Shown piece by piece: positions 37,797 through 48,428 of a stretch of DNA of 64,000 nt. Numbering within the stretch: position 1 is the first letter of the stretch; each line of letters opens with the position of its first letter. Source of the stretch: a virus. The position numbers were made by a program, and so were the translations under genes. The notes beneath the pieces are model-generated. The model was not told the origin of the DNA. It was given only the letters and a program-made list of their open reading frames with translations, and did no database searches. The stretch spans positions 1-64,000 of the IMG/VR virus record IMGVR_UViG_3300023174_000068, one strand, 5' to 3'.

Positions 37797-40700
37797 TTAA
37801 ACAACTGGTGTTATCGGAACAAAGGGACCAACGTTGTCTATCAGTCTATAAGGCTCAACTAAGTCTTTAAGTCCTCTAATGAAATAGTTTTTCTTATCTC
37901 TCCAGATAGCCCCTCTACCGCTATGTGATACGACCTCAATAGTCAGATAAGGATCAAGATTTGAGTCGATTGAAAAATTGAAAGGTTGAAGCATATTACC
38001 TAACCTTTGTTCTTCTATATACTGAACTGGCTCGTAGTTTATTTGTTTCCACTCTGTTATCTTTAGCCAATTGTTGGGATCGGATGCCGGGGTCGCTGAC
38101 TGTGTCGAACCAAGTCCACTTGAAACATAATAATCCTGTTGATATTTTACAACCGTGGCCGGTTGATAACTTACCCCAGATTTCCATAAAAGAGCGCTTT
38201 CATATTTTCTTGGGTTATTGATTCTATTATTATCTTTCTGTGATTCGTATATCTTATCATAATAAAATACTTTATCACCAGTTTGATAGGTAACATAAGG
38301 CGCCCATTCTTTATAGACTTTATAAGTTCGAATTTTGATATCAAAAATATCAGGGTGTGTTAATCTATCGACAAAGTCGTTATTTGGAAGAGCTTTTTTT
38401 ATCAATTCACCAGCAATATCTCTAATATTATTTGGATTGACGTTTGAGCCAGTGCCGGCAATTATTGAATAAAAATCTAATACACAATTGTAAACAGTAG
38501 ATCCAGAATTTACCGGTTGTAGATAAAGCTCGTTTAATTTGAAAGTTATCGGAGTCATTTGCTCTCTAATACTAAAGATTTGACAATCATAAACCTCGTG
38601 GCTAATTTGATTATCACCAGAGGTCCAAGAGTCTCCAGTAATATCAGTTATGTTATGAGTTAGTGGTATTATGTTTCTTTTTAACCAATATTTTAGACCT
38701 TGTAGTTTAATGATGATTTCATCTAAGTCATAATTTAAAATGTAATTACCTTCTTTGTCTGTAATTTTATACGTAAGATTAAAGTTATTAGTTCCTTTAT
38801 ACTTTTCACTTGGTAACATCTTTTCAATAAAGTCTCTTCTTTCCCAACCTTTTACGGTATTGTCGAAAATATCAGGAATTTCAACTTTGAAAAGTTTCCC
38901 AAAGTTTGGATCAGTGCTATCATTATATTTATAATACTCGTTTAATTGTAGGTCATTATATCCAAAGTAATTGATAGCATTTATTATCGATTTATAAGCT
39001 CCGACATAAGGAAAAATATCATTTTTAACCATCAACATTTCTTTTCTTTTTTTGTTCAAAAAAGTCCAGTCAATGCCTCCTTCATTTATATCATAATCTT
39101 TGAATATAAAAACATGATTAGGATCAATTAGTTTACCAACATTATTAAGTTCTATCTTAAATCTCTCATCTTCTTCTTCAGATTGACCATAAGTAATAAA
39201 CCTACCTATTTCTCTATCAACAACTTGTATCCTGAGCCTTAAATAAGTGGTAGAACCATATTTTGGAAAATTAATCAACTTGGTCGATTCTGGATAAAAA
39301 TAGTCAAAAGATTGGTCTAAAAAATCAACAATCAGCACTTTTGTAAAAACATTTTTAATTACTACAATTGTTCCGTTATTTTCAGAGGTATATTGACCTC
39401 TCACATTTGTTGTATCGTTGATATAGATAACAATTCTCTGGCCAATTTTCAATCCGCGACCGGTGAAATTTTCTGAAGATGTCTCACTAATTGATATTCT
39501 ACCAGTTCTCGTGGTCGGTGATGTAATAGTTTCAATCGAAATCGTGGTCAGGCTATCTGACATAATATAAAAATCGATGTCTTCTCTTTTGAACAATTGT
39601 AATACCGATCTTAGGGCTCCGGCGGTTTCTGATTTATATCCAATAAACAATTCAAGTGATTCAGACTCAACTTCGAAGTCGTTTAAATCATCTAAGTAAC
39701 TCAAGTCAAAATTTATTTCTTCAAATACCGTCTGTTGATAAGCCGAAAATGAAACTCTGCTCTTATCTGTGTTTGGTAATTTATTTAAAACAATGTTTTG
39801 AAGTGGCTTTTCACCGGTATAAGCATATGGTCCAGTTTTAGCCAGTTGATTTCCCGAAAAGTCGTAAAGAAAAAACTCAGGAACTTGATCTGTTAACCAT
39901 CTCCAATAATATTGCACTGCTACGTCTCCTTCGAAGTTTTCTCGAGGTCTTCTATAATATTCTCTAGTTTTCAACCAAATGCTCTTTCTTGGAACATAGT
40001 CTGGATGTAATGTTCCATATTGGTTGTCACCAATTGCTGAAAAGGTGTTTCCAGTTGGAATTAAGTTCAAATTTATTTCAACATCGATTTCCACAAATTT
40101 ATTCAGTTGTGGCTGTATACTCCAAACAGAATTTCTTTCTGGGTTAAAGATTATTCTTCCCGTTTGCGAGCCAAAACTTTCTACATGCTTAATTTGACCA
40201 AAATTTGGAGTAACTACAAATATAGTATTCAATGATTGTGATGATATATAAACATCGCCGTCATATTGATTAATAACTTGGTAGCCCCATTGTGTGACAT
40301 ATGATTGTTTGAAGGTATCAAAACCGACGTCTAACATGGTAAATTTACCAGAAGAGTCTGATATATCAATCTGATTAGTCAAATTATTATAAATTACATC
40401 CACAAAGTTTTGAGTGGTGATACCGGATATTTGCGTAACTTGGGAGTTGTCAATTTTATAAATACTAGCAGAACCCCAGGTGTAGATCGCCTCATAAACC
40501 GGATCATAAAAAATAGAATTCGTTAGCCCTGGTATGTTATAGACGGTTTGAATTGACCTATCTGTCGGATTCGTTGGGAAATTATCAGTTACACCACCAT
40601 TGACTCTTAAAACGTTATTAGCATCAGTTGTGATATACATGTCACCTTCAAAGTCATTAAACACCATTGCCCCGGTTCTTGTGACACCAATTGGGAAAAG

Positions 40701-43601
40701 AGGGTCAGTTGAATTTATCGTATACGTTTGCTGAGAAGTGAAATTAGAAACATCCCAAACATCAACTCTGGCCGCATTATCATAACTAATATACATATCA
40801 CCGTTGATTGGATTTAGTTCCATATCAAAGGCATTCCAGCTTGGATTACTAAATGTAATACTAGATACTAGAGTATTTGATGTTGGATCAACTACATATA
40901 AGTTTTGCTTTGATAAGCAATACAGGTAGCTGTTTTTAGTGTTGAATCTCATTTCAATGCTTTGGGTATTACCCGGGAGTGAAACAGTTGCTATGATGTT
41001 ACCATAAAATGCATCAACTGCCACAAGGTAATCACCAAATCCATAAATAGAGTTACTTAATTCAATATAATCCAGGTCAACAAGTCCAGGTATAGCAGTA
41101 TAGTCATTTTGTGTATAGACATTATTAGTAGTAATATAATAAGTGGTAAATGATTTGAAAGCCGAACTAAACATTTGCGGGTTATACGGACCGGCACCAC
41201 TACTTGTAATAGAAATTGGAACCACGCAAGCAGTTTGTCCAAAACCAGTATCAAACGCCAGTGTTTGAAACGCAGATGTATTACAAGGGTTTCCAGTCAG
41301 TCCCCAAAAAGGTCCCTGATAGCTTAAATTTAATGTCTTTGGATTTAAATATTGAATCACATAATCTTGGTTCATCCAGGTATAGAAGGTGTTGTTAATT
41401 GTAAACGCCATTCCGGTTGCAAAACCTTCTGTTAAAAAACTATATGTCGATGACTGGGGCAATATCACTTCATTCGATGCCACTACAACTCCGGGATTTC
41501 CGGTGAGTAACTTTTTAATTTTGTAATCTTCGATTCCAGGTAAATTAACTTTACCAGTAGTTATCACATAGTCTAGGTTTTGAATAGGATTTAATATATC
41601 AAACGTCAGAATAGAATTAAAATTTGTAATTTGCACTAAATGGTTTTCAAGCACAGTTTGGCTGTGTTGAGATTCCCAATTTGCTAAAGTTAACGGAACA
41701 TTTGGTAGCGAATTTGTACCAATAACGGATTGAACGCCATAGTCGTCTCCATCTATGTTAATATTGAAATAAGTACCCATGTTAAAAAAGGTAACCTTAG
41801 AATGTTCGATATAATAAGCGGCGCTTGTTCCGACTTTTATTGATGTTACATCTACTTCTACATTTGGATATTCAGACTTAATCACAATAGTGTTAAAAAA
41901 TACTGAATTAAATGTGCCAGTATATTTCAATTCGGCAATTATACCTAGTTTTAAAAGGTCAATAGTCCACCTGGATAACCAATTTCTTAAAGTTCTGTCG
42001 ATGGTTCTTTCCATATCAAGATAAGCCCCTGTATAAATTAAAACCGTTTGCTCTTCATAAACTTGACCACCTATAACAATCTTAAATCCATAGTTATCTA
42101 AGTCAGTAAAGACAATATTAATTTTTTTATTTTCAGAATAGTCGTAATTTAACTCAGCGGTAACTTCTTCTTTGACACCTACTATTCTTTCTTTGGTCTG
42201 CAGAGATTGACCAATCGAATGTGTTGGTGAGAGTTGGTCAAAGTAAAAATTAACCTCAGCATATTTTGATGGCCAAATCAAATCAGCTCTGAGTTGGTTG
42301 TTTTGATAAAAAAGATCTATATCAAAAATCTTAGCACCAGAGCTGTATAATTGAGCAAATTGGGCTAAAGTTGTCTCAGCTGAATAAGTCCAACCAAGTG
42401 TGTAGTAAAACTTATCAGTGGTTAGATAGATTTGAGCAGATAATAAATTTTCATAAGTAAATGAATCGGTAATCTTTATATAAGTTGGTTTACTCCAGTA
42501 TTGTCCGTTTTCTGGAGTGATAAAAGATGTAGCTAAGTTGGAAATACTTTGTGTATATGCCTGTATACATTCGTATATTTTTCCATTCCAAATAGCCTGT
42601 GACTGTGTGGCAAAATAGGTTGTCTGTGAGATAGTTCTAAAGTCGAAAATATCATCAACTGTAAAAAAGTTTTGATTTGCGGAAATCTGAGGTCCAATTA
42701 TTTTAATTTCGGTTCCAGGTCTTAAATTTACCGGAAATTTATAAATATCACCAATCAATATCTTAGATTGTGTTAAAGTTAGTGGACCTTGATAGAGAAG
42801 TGGAACTTCTGTTCGAGTTAATATCTCCATAATCAACGTGGAGTTTATAGGAAGTTGAGACTTATCAACAGAATATTCAAAATGACTAAGATCACCGTAG
42901 TTAGGATTATCAACTGTCAGTATTTTATCATCATTTTTACTACCAACAACATTTAATTTTCGATTTACATAATACTTATCGAAAAATTCAGGCTCATTCC
43001 AATTTGAAAGTTTTGGGAAATAGTTTGGCTGTATATAATCATAGACACCAAAAGCATTTATTCCAGAAATAGTTGTGGTGGAAAAATTGTCCGGATCTGA
43101 ATAAATTGAATAATATTGCGCTTCAAAGGTTGCGTTATCAACTAAAGAAAGTATCATAATTCTATCACTTGAACTGGCCAGAACTGTGTAGACTTGGTTA
43201 ATGTTAATAAATTCTAAGATTGTATTGTTGAATTTTATGAGACTACCTTTAGGAAATTTTCTACCAATGTCTTTTCCATATATCCACTTTGAATAGAATT
43301 TTGGATCATTATTTGTTGGTTCTATTCTTATAATAGATTCAGCATCTACGTATTTTGAACCCCAGAAGTGAAATCCTCTCTCGTTAAAAAGTTGCCATTT
43401 TTTTGTCGTCAATTCACCCACCGATTCAAATTCAAAACTTGGGATATTCTCTAAAGTATACAACGCGGCTGTCTTATAAGTATCAGTGGAACTTTCATGG
43501 AATAAGATGTCACCTTCAAAACGATCAGTTGATTGATTGTATTCTATGTTTAGGTGATCACCTTCTTTATTAAAAAATCTTAAATTTAAGTGGTTTGACA
43601 T
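37797..43601 (-). CDS. Large virion structural protein (baseplate/tail associated) with beta-propeller and CBM5/12-like modules
   Basis: 1934 aa, T/S/N/Y-rich; YVTN-like blades (LYVVDPTSNTLVSSI); WxxxxxYxxGDKVFY modules; GAYKSIINAINYFGY. Confidence 0.7.
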   Translation of the reverse strand: MSNHLNLRFFNKEGDHLNIEYNQSTDRFEGDILFHESSTDTYKTAALYTLENIPSFEFESVGELTTKKWQLFNERGFHFWGSKYVDAESIIRIEPTNNDPKFYSKWIYGKDIGRKFPKGSLIKFNNTILEFININQVYTVLASSSDRIMILSLVDNATFEAQYYSIYSDPDNFSTTTISGINAFGVYDYIQPNYFPKLSNWNEPEFFDKYYVNRKLNVVGSKNDDKILTVDNPNYGDLSHFEYSVDKSQLPINSTLIMEILTRTEVPLLYQGPLTLTQSKILIGDIYKFPVNLRPGTEIKIIGPQISANQNFFTVDDIFDFRTISQTTYFATQSQAIWNGKIYECIQAYTQSISNLATSFITPENGQYWSKPTYIKITDSFTYENLLSAQIYLTTDKFYYTLGWTYSAETTLAQFAQLYSSGAKIFDIDLFYQNNQLRADLIWPSKYAEVNFYFDQLSPTHSIGQSLQTKERIVGVKEEVTAELNYDYSENKKINIVFTDLDNYGFKIVIGGQVYEEQTVLIYTGAYLDMERTIDRTLRNWLSRWTIDLLKLGIIAELKYTGTFNSVFFNTIVIKSEYPNVEVDVTSIKVGTSAAYYIEHSKVTFFNMGTYFNINIDGDDYGVQSVIGTNSLPNVPLTLANWESQHSQTVLENHLVQITNFNSILTFDILNPIQNLDYVITTGKVNLPGIEDYKIKKLLTGNPGVVVASNEVILPQSSTYSFLTEGFATGMAFTINNTFYTWMNQDYVIQYLNPKTLNLSYQGPFWGLTGNPCNTSAFQTLAFDTGFGQTACVVPISITSSGAGPYNPQMFSSAFKSFTTYYITTNNVYTQNDYTAIPGLVDLDYIELSNSIYGFGDYLVAVDAFYGNIIATVSLPGNTQSIEMRFNTKNSYLYCLSKQNLYVVDPTSNTLVSSITFSNPSWNAFDMELNPINGDMYISYDNAARVDVWDVSNFTSQQTYTINSTDPLFPIGVTRTGAMVFNDFEGDMYITTDANNVLRVNGGVTDNFPTNPTDRSIQTVYNIPGLTNSIFYDPVYEAIYTWGSASIYKIDNSQVTQISGITTQNFVDVIYNNLTNQIDISDSSGKFTMLDVGFDTFKQSYVTQWGYQVINQYDGDVYISSQSLNTIFVVTPNFGQIKHVESFGSQTGRIIFNPERNSVWSIQPQLNKFVEIDVEINLNLIPTGNTFSAIGDNQYGTLHPDYVPRKSIWLKTREYYRRPRENFEGDVAVQYYWRWLTDQVPEFFLYDFSGNQLAKTGPYAYTGEKPLQNIVLNKLPNTDKSRVSFSAYQQTVFEEINFDLSYLDDLNDFEVESESLELFIGYKSETAGALRSVLQLFKREDIDFYIMSDSLTTISIETITSPTTRTGRISISETSSENFTGRGLKIGQRIVIYINDTTNVRGQYTSENNGTIVVIKNVFTKVLIVDFLDQSFDYFYPESTKLINFPKYGSTTYLRLRIQVVDREIGRFITYGQSEEEDERFKIELNNVGKLIDPNHVFIFKDYDINEGGIDWTFLNKKRKEMLMVKNDIFPYVGAYKSIINAINYFGYNDLQLNEYYKYNDSTDPNFGKLFKVEIPDIFDNTVKGWERRDFIEKMLPSEKYKGTNNFNLTYKITDKEGNYILNYDLDEIIIKLQGLKYWLKRNIIPLTHNITDITGDSWTSGDNQISHEVYDCQIFSIREQMTPITFKLNELYLQPVNSGSTVYNCVLDFYSIIAGTGSNVNPNNIRDIAGELIKKALPNNDFVDRLTHPDIFDIKIRTYKVYKEWAPYVTYQTGDKVFYYDKIYESQKDNNRINNPRKYESALLWKSGVSYQPATVVKYQQDYYVSSGLGSTQSATPASDPNNWLKITEWKQINYEPVQYIEEQRLGNMLQPFNFSIDSNLDPYLTIEVVSHSGRGAIWRDKKNYFIRGLKDLVEPYRLIDNVGPFVPITPVV

Positions 43602-43670
43602 TAAAACGACTAATTTCAGTTATATATTAATTTGAGTGCTTCTTAATATCAAAAAAATAATATATACATC

Positions 43671-44027
43671 ATGGCCAAAATAAGAAACTACCAGGGTTTT
43701 ATTAATGAAGGATTTTATAGAAAATTGAACTCCAAAAAGAAAGTTTCAGTTGAGTTAGACCAAACTGTTAAAAAAATTTTAGACACTTTGGCTGAATATG
43801 ATATTTACAGTTGGGATGATTTCATATCCTCCAATAAAATCGATAGATATCTAATTGATAAAATTATAGACAATTCTACAAAAAACATGAAAGAATTACA
43901 AGAAGTCAGATTCAAATTAAGAGTTGAATTATCTAATACAAATCAATTACGGGAATATCTAAAGGAGTTAGAAGAAATGGAAGATTACGAAAAATGCGCT
44001 CTTATTGTAAAAAAATTGAGTTCATAA
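43671..44027 (+). CDS. Small protein with capsid-targeting-like tag and C-terminal UVR-like motif
   Basis: MAKIRNYQGFINE; EEMEDYEKCALI. Confidence 0.75.
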   Translation: MAKIRNYQGFINEGFYRKLNSKKKVSVELDQTVKKILDTLAEYDIYSWDDFISSNKIDRYLIDKIIDNSTKNMKELQEVRFKLRVELSNTNQLREYLKELEEMEDYEKCALIVKKLSS

Positions 44028-44042
44028 ATTAATAAATAAACT

Positions 44043-44954
44043 ATGAAAGTTAAAAAAGTTCAAGATTTAGAACAACAAATGGGATTTTCTGCAACTTCTA
44101 TGAATATAGATAAATCTAAACCTTCTATCAAGACATCTACAGATGAGTTAAATAAAAAAGAAAAGAAAAACCAAAAACGAAATAAAATTCATAAATTCGA
44201 AGCCTTTATTGACATTCACATTGATAACATAGAAAACCTAAAAATTGGTTATAAAAATGACCAATCTAATGAATTTGATGCTGATTATGAAGAAGAAGCA
44301 GAAGCTTCAGGCTGTGGTTGTTGTAGCGTCTGCACGGGACTATCAGATTGTGACTGTGGATGTGATGATTGCAAGTGTGATGAGTTAGAAGATGATTCTG
44401 ATTTAAGTCCAACAGAAGACCTAATGTATCACATCATAAATTCTATTCCGGTAACAGAGAGTGTGTTTAGACCTGGATCTAAAAAGTTTTATTCCACTAT
44501 TAAACAGGCTAGAAAACTATTTGAACGGGGATTAATTGAGTTGTCTAAAATAGACAAAGAACTTTTTGAAACAACCGATATGGGTAAATTTGCTTACTTC
44601 AATGGTGAATTAGTTCCATTAGATTTACCGATGGAAAATATAGTAGAATTAAATGAAGCTGAATACAAAGGTAAAGAAGTTAAATTAAATCACCCAATGA
44701 GAAACTCCGGTGATGGGAAAAAATACTTTGTATATGTTAAGGACTCTAAGTCTGGAAAAGTAATAAAAATAAACTTTGGTGATGTTAAAGGAGGACTGAC
44801 GGCCAAGGTAAGTGATCCAAAAGCAAGAAAATCATTTGCGGCTAGACACCAGTGTCATTTGAAGAAAGATAAAACTAAAGCTGGGTACTGGAGCTGTAGA
44901 CTCAATAAATTTGGTCATCTTTTTGGCGGACGCACTTATCCCGGATTCTGGTAA
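44043..44954 (+). CDS. Hypothetical protein with Cys-rich cluster and basic C-terminal domain
   Basis: CGCCSVCTGLSDCDCGCDDCKC; LNE followed by KKYFVYVK..NFGD..ARKSFAARHQC..AGYWSC. Confidence 0.8.
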   Translation: MKVKKVQDLEQQMGFSATSMNIDKSKPSIKTSTDELNKKEKKNQKRNKIHKFEAFIDIHIDNIENLKIGYKNDQSNEFDADYEEEAEASGCGCCSVCTGLSDCDCGCDDCKCDELEDDSDLSPTEDLMYHIINSIPVTESVFRPGSKKFYSTIKQARKLFERGLIELSKIDKELFETTDMGKFAYFNGELVPLDLPMENIVELNEAEYKGKEVKLNHPMRNSGDGKKYFVYVKDSKSGKVIKINFGDVKGGLTAKVSDPKARKSFAARHQCHLKKDKTKAGYWSCRLNKFGHLFGGRTYPGFW

Positions 44955-44977
44955 TCCAAAAATTCAGTAAGTAAAAT

Positions 44978-45253
44978 ATGTCATTGCCTTTTCAAGAAAC
45001 TAAACTAGAGAATAATATATTTATAAGAGAGTTCAGTCATGACACTGACTCTGGTGAATTTGTTTGGCACAGAGACCGCGAATCTCGTATAATAGAACCT
45101 ATTGGTGAAACAGATTGGTTAATACAGTTAGACAATGAACTTCCGAAAAAGATTGAAGGTAAAATATTCATCCCAGTCGGAATTTATCACAGATTAATAA
45201 AGGGGACTGGTGATTTACAGATTAAACTGGAAAAGAAGAATGACCGAATCTAA
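44978..45253 (+). CDS. Small cupin-fold protein
   Basis: WHRDRE...IFIPVGIYHRLIKG. Confidence 0.8.
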   Translation: MSLPFQETKLENNIFIREFSHDTDSGEFVWHRDRESRIIEPIGETDWLIQLDNELPKKIEGKIFIPVGIYHRLIKGTGDLQIKLEKKNDRI

Positions 45254-45410
45254 GTTTGATAAACTTATTTAGCTCAATACACTTTTCGAACTCCTCCAAC
45301 ATTTCAAGTTCTTTAACGACTTTTCTTAGATATTTTTCTGTATAGATTTTAAGTTCTTTTGAATATGGTTTATCACCCATGCACCTTTCAAATACCTCAA
45401 TTGCATTCAT
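45222..45410 (-). CDS. Small protein with UVR-like motif
   Basis: LEMLEEFEKCIEL; starts 1 bp after the nuclease stop. Confidence 0.65.
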   Translation of the reverse strand: MNAIEVFERCMGDKPYSKELKIYTEKYLRKVVKELEMLEEFEKCIELNKFIKLRFGHSSFPV

Positions 45411-45411
45411 T

Positions 45412-46530
45412 TTAATCGTTTTGTGTGTTATAATTTTCTTTGTATATCTTAATTATCTCTTCATACTCTAAAACTACCCCGGATTTGAATTTTTCATTGT
45501 CATAGTTTTGTTTTAGAATATATTCTTTAACATAATCTTCATAATCTAAGGCAATTGATATTTCATTAGGCTCTACTTGCTTTTCCGCGGCAGATGGGTC
45601 TTCCCCATCAACTAATTCTTTTGTAATATCATCGATGTACTCAACCGAAGCAAAATTACTCTTTTCAAGAATTATCTCTAACTTTCTTCTCAACTTTCTA
45701 TTTGATATTAACAGATTATTCGAAATTGAAATATCAATGTAGTCTTTTGATGTTTTTAAATCATCTAACTTATCTATATCTTCTTCATTAATGACTCTGA
45801 ATTTTCTAAATATAGGGGAGTATGTATTTGGTATAAAATCAATTTCATCCGTATTTAGATCCAATACAGTAATTCCCTTTTGGTCACCCATATCATTTCT
45901 ATCCATTTGATAAAGTGAACCGATAAACTCGAAGTTTGAATTAATTTGCCTAATATGCACATGACCTGAGAAAACACGTTTAAATCTACTAAATTCATCC
46001 ACATCTATTTTATCAGGATTTCTGTGAGCTACTGAATTCAAGTGCATTCTACACCCGTTTAAGTCAGAGTGACAAAATAAATAATCACCAGTATTTGACT
46101 GTATCTCTTTAATCATATCAAGTCTTTTCTCTACCCAAGGCATTAATATTAAATCTTTATCATTTATTGTTATCTTAGTTGTTTTTTCAAAAACACTTAT
46201 TCTATCATTTAAGTAACTATAAATTCTAACGGAATTTACCTCATTACTTCCTTTATTAAACAAGTCATGATTACCAACCATTATATACATTGGTATAACT
46301 TCTGATATATCTTTTAATATCTTCTCTACTTTATTCAAAACGTTTATAGGAATCGATGTTCTATTATCAAATAGATCACCAAGGTGTATTAGTATATCAC
46401 CTTCTTTTACATTTTTTTTCAACTCTGGTATTAAAAAGTTATACATAGTTGATTCCATCATTTTCAACCATCTATCCAAATTATTTAAATAGATACCGAA
46501 GTGGGTATCTGTTATCATATATACTTTCAT
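45412..46530 (-). CDS. gp47/SbcD/Mre11-like recombination nuclease subunit
   Basis: TDTHFG, HLGDLFD, VGNHD, FSGHVH metallophosphoesterase motifs. Confidence 0.92.
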   Translation of the reverse strand: MKVYMITDTHFGIYLNNLDRWLKMMESTMYNFLIPELKKNVKEGDILIHLGDLFDNRTSIPINVLNKVEKILKDISEVIPMYIMVGNHDLFNKGSNEVNSVRIYSYLNDRISVFEKTTKITINDKDLILMPWVEKRLDMIKEIQSNTGDYLFCHSDLNGCRMHLNSVAHRNPDKIDVDEFSRFKRVFSGHVHIRQINSNFEFIGSLYQMDRNDMGDQKGITVLDLNTDEIDFIPNTYSPIFRKFRVINEEDIDKLDDLKTSKDYIDISISNNLLISNRKLRRKLEIILEKSNFASVEYIDDITKELVDGEDPSAAEKQVEPNEISIALDYEDYVKEYILKQNYDNEKFKSGVVLEYEEIIKIYKENYNTQND

Positions 46531-46538
46531 TTTAAATA

Positions 46539-47270
46539 TTAATTTTTATATTTCCATCTAAAACCATTTGATGATTTTCTTTGACCTTTACAAACTTGAA
46601 CAATTTTACCATTATGAGTTTTTGTTAATTCTGCGGCCTCTTTTATTGATTTAAATTCAGCAATAAAGTTACCATCAATATCCATTTGTATTATCTCTCG
46701 TTCATAGTTACCAAAGTGCATCATTTTTTCTATAAAATCAATTGGTATTTTTTCCAGATAACCATCTTTTTTATATCTCCATATAAACTTACCAGCGGTT
46801 TTTCTAACACCTCGACAACAAGGGCCTACATTTATAACACCAGTGTTAGCAACAGCTTCTCCAACTGAAGAAAATTCTTTAATGAAAACACCGTCCAATC
46901 CATATTGCAAAACAGGTACATCAGAGTATCCTTGACCACCTTCAACCACATTTGATAATGGTCCATTACCCTCTGTTACCCTACCAATTTTAGAAATCAC
47001 ATACTTTTCATATTCAAATGCCTCACTCTCTGATAAATTCTCTTTAATTTTTAAAGATTTAATTTCCATATTGTTTTGGTGGATTTTATTTATTATATTG
47101 TTTTTAATAGTATTGTTTTTTATATCTTTTAAAGATGATTTAATTCTATCATTAATTCCCCTACCAACATAAAAAGGTTGATAGTTAAAATATAACCCAT
47201 CAGCATAATCAAATATTCCCGGTTTATCTCCTCTTAAAAAGATATATACATAAAAATTATTAGTAAGCAT
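46539..47270 (-). CDS. Free-standing GIY-YIG-like homing endonuclease with two NUMOD1-like repeats
   Basis: FYVYIF..PFYVGRG..R..E..LSN; two copies of QYxxDGxFIxEFxSxxEA..CxGxRK..W.Y. Confidence 0.82.
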   Translation of the reverse strand: MLTNNFYVYIFLRGDKPGIFDYADGLYFNYQPFYVGRGINDRIKSSLKDIKNNTIKNNIINKIHQNNMEIKSLKIKENLSESEAFEYEKYVISKIGRVTEGNGPLSNVVEGGQGYSDVPVLQYGLDGVFIKEFSSVGEAVANTGVINVGPCCRGVRKTAGKFIWRYKKDGYLEKIPIDFIEKMMHFGNYEREIIQMDIDGNFIAEFKSIKEAAELTKTHNGKIVQVCKGQRKSSNGFRWKYKN

Positions 47271-47299
47271 GATTTTTATATAAAAAAGGTCGTGATTAC

Positions 47300-47671
47300 C
47301 TATTCATTTTGTTTTCTCTTTGCTTCTCTAGCACACTTTTCACATCCACTCCCGGCATAAAGGTGAGCATTAGGAGTCTGGCTAAATTCACCGTGGTGAG
47401 GACACATTATTATGACTTTAGTTCTACAATTTTGATAAATTACTAATTCATAATTATATTTGAAATTATGAATAATGTTAGACCTATAGATAAAGTCTCT
47501 GCTTTTTTTACTCTTTCTATTTAATGATTTCAATTCTTTAGATATTGAGACTTCTTTTGACTTACAACTTTTATTGCAGTATTTTCTATCCGGTCTTCCC
47601 CAATTTATCTTTTTTCCACAATATCTATAATGGCAGTTCATAGTATTATTTATTAAAAGTGGAAATGGCAT
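47300..47671 (-). CDS. Zinc-ribbon protein (DUF723-like endonuclease DNA-binding repeat, no nuclease domain)
   Basis: CHYRYCG..YCNKSC; KVIIMCPHHGEFSQTPNAHLYAGSGCEKC; true start may be 47641. Confidence 0.7.
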   Translation of the reverse strand: MPFPLLINNTMNCHYRYCGKKINWGRPDRKYCNKSCKSKEVSISKELKSLNRKSKKSRDFIYRSNIIHNFKYNYELVIYQNCRTKVIIMCPHHGEFSQTPNAHLYAGSGCEKCAREAKRKQNE

Positions 47672-47753
47672 TTTTTACAACATAATTTAAAAATTGCCAT
47701 ATAAAGAGAATTATGTGAGTAATATATAAAGTACAAAAAAAATAATTACTACT

Positions 47754-48371
47754 ATGCCACTACCACATTTTGCAAACGTTATAAACGCCGGAGCACCAGG
47801 GGGACCAGGTACCTCACCAGACGAAATTGTGTATTTGAACCTTTTTGAAATTACGTTCATTTTACCAGTTGCTTTACAAGCTAACAGAAATGCTATTTTG
47901 CTTCTTCAAAATGCAACTAAAATTGACTTAAATCTAACAGAGTTTGACGTAACAGCTAAACCACAAAGATTTAAATATTCTACTAGAATGTTTATGACAC
48001 CTCCAACAAAGACAGATGGAACTTTAAGTATTCCATTTCAAGTAAATGTTAATCAGTCTGGTTCGATGGAAACTTGGAACACTCTTAAAGCTTGGTATGA
48101 TTTAGTATTTAACTCTCAAAACGGTTCTACTTTTTACAAGTCCGATATCATTGGAACTATTATTGTAAACCAACACGATAAAAAAGGTGTTGTTCTAAGA
48201 AGAGTGACTTTTCAAAATGTTCAGATAACTAAAATCGGTGGATATTCTTTAGATTGGTCACAAAATAGCATCATAGAAAACGCAACTGCCGATTTTGTTT
48301 ACGACTACTTTATCGACGAATATATCGATAATGGATATGCTATCAATCCGGGTATTATCTCTGGATATTAA
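47754..48371 (+). CDS. Tail tube protein (T4 gp19-like)
   Basis: ~200 aa, LKAWYDLVFN, YKSDIIGTIIVNQHDKKG, LDW, FVYDYF pattern typical of gp19-like tubes. Confidence 0.8.
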   Translation: MPLPHFANVINAGAPGGPGTSPDEIVYLNLFEITFILPVALQANRNAILLLQNATKIDLNLTEFDVTAKPQRFKYSTRMFMTPPTKTDGTLSIPFQVNVNQSGSMETWNTLKAWYDLVFNSQNGSTFYKSDIIGTIIVNQHDKKGVVLRRVTFQNVQITKIGGYSLDWSQNSIIENATADFVYDYFIDEYIDNGYAINPGIISGY

Positions 48372-48396
48372 TAATTTTGAAAATTTCAATTTACAA

Positions 48397-48423
48397 AAAA
48401 GCCCATCTTTTAGATGGGCTTTT
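48397..48423. terminator. Bidirectional intrinsic terminator
   Basis: AAAAGCCCATCT-TTT-AGATGGGCTTTT between convergent genes. Confidence 0.88.
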
Positions 48424-48428
48424 GTTTT

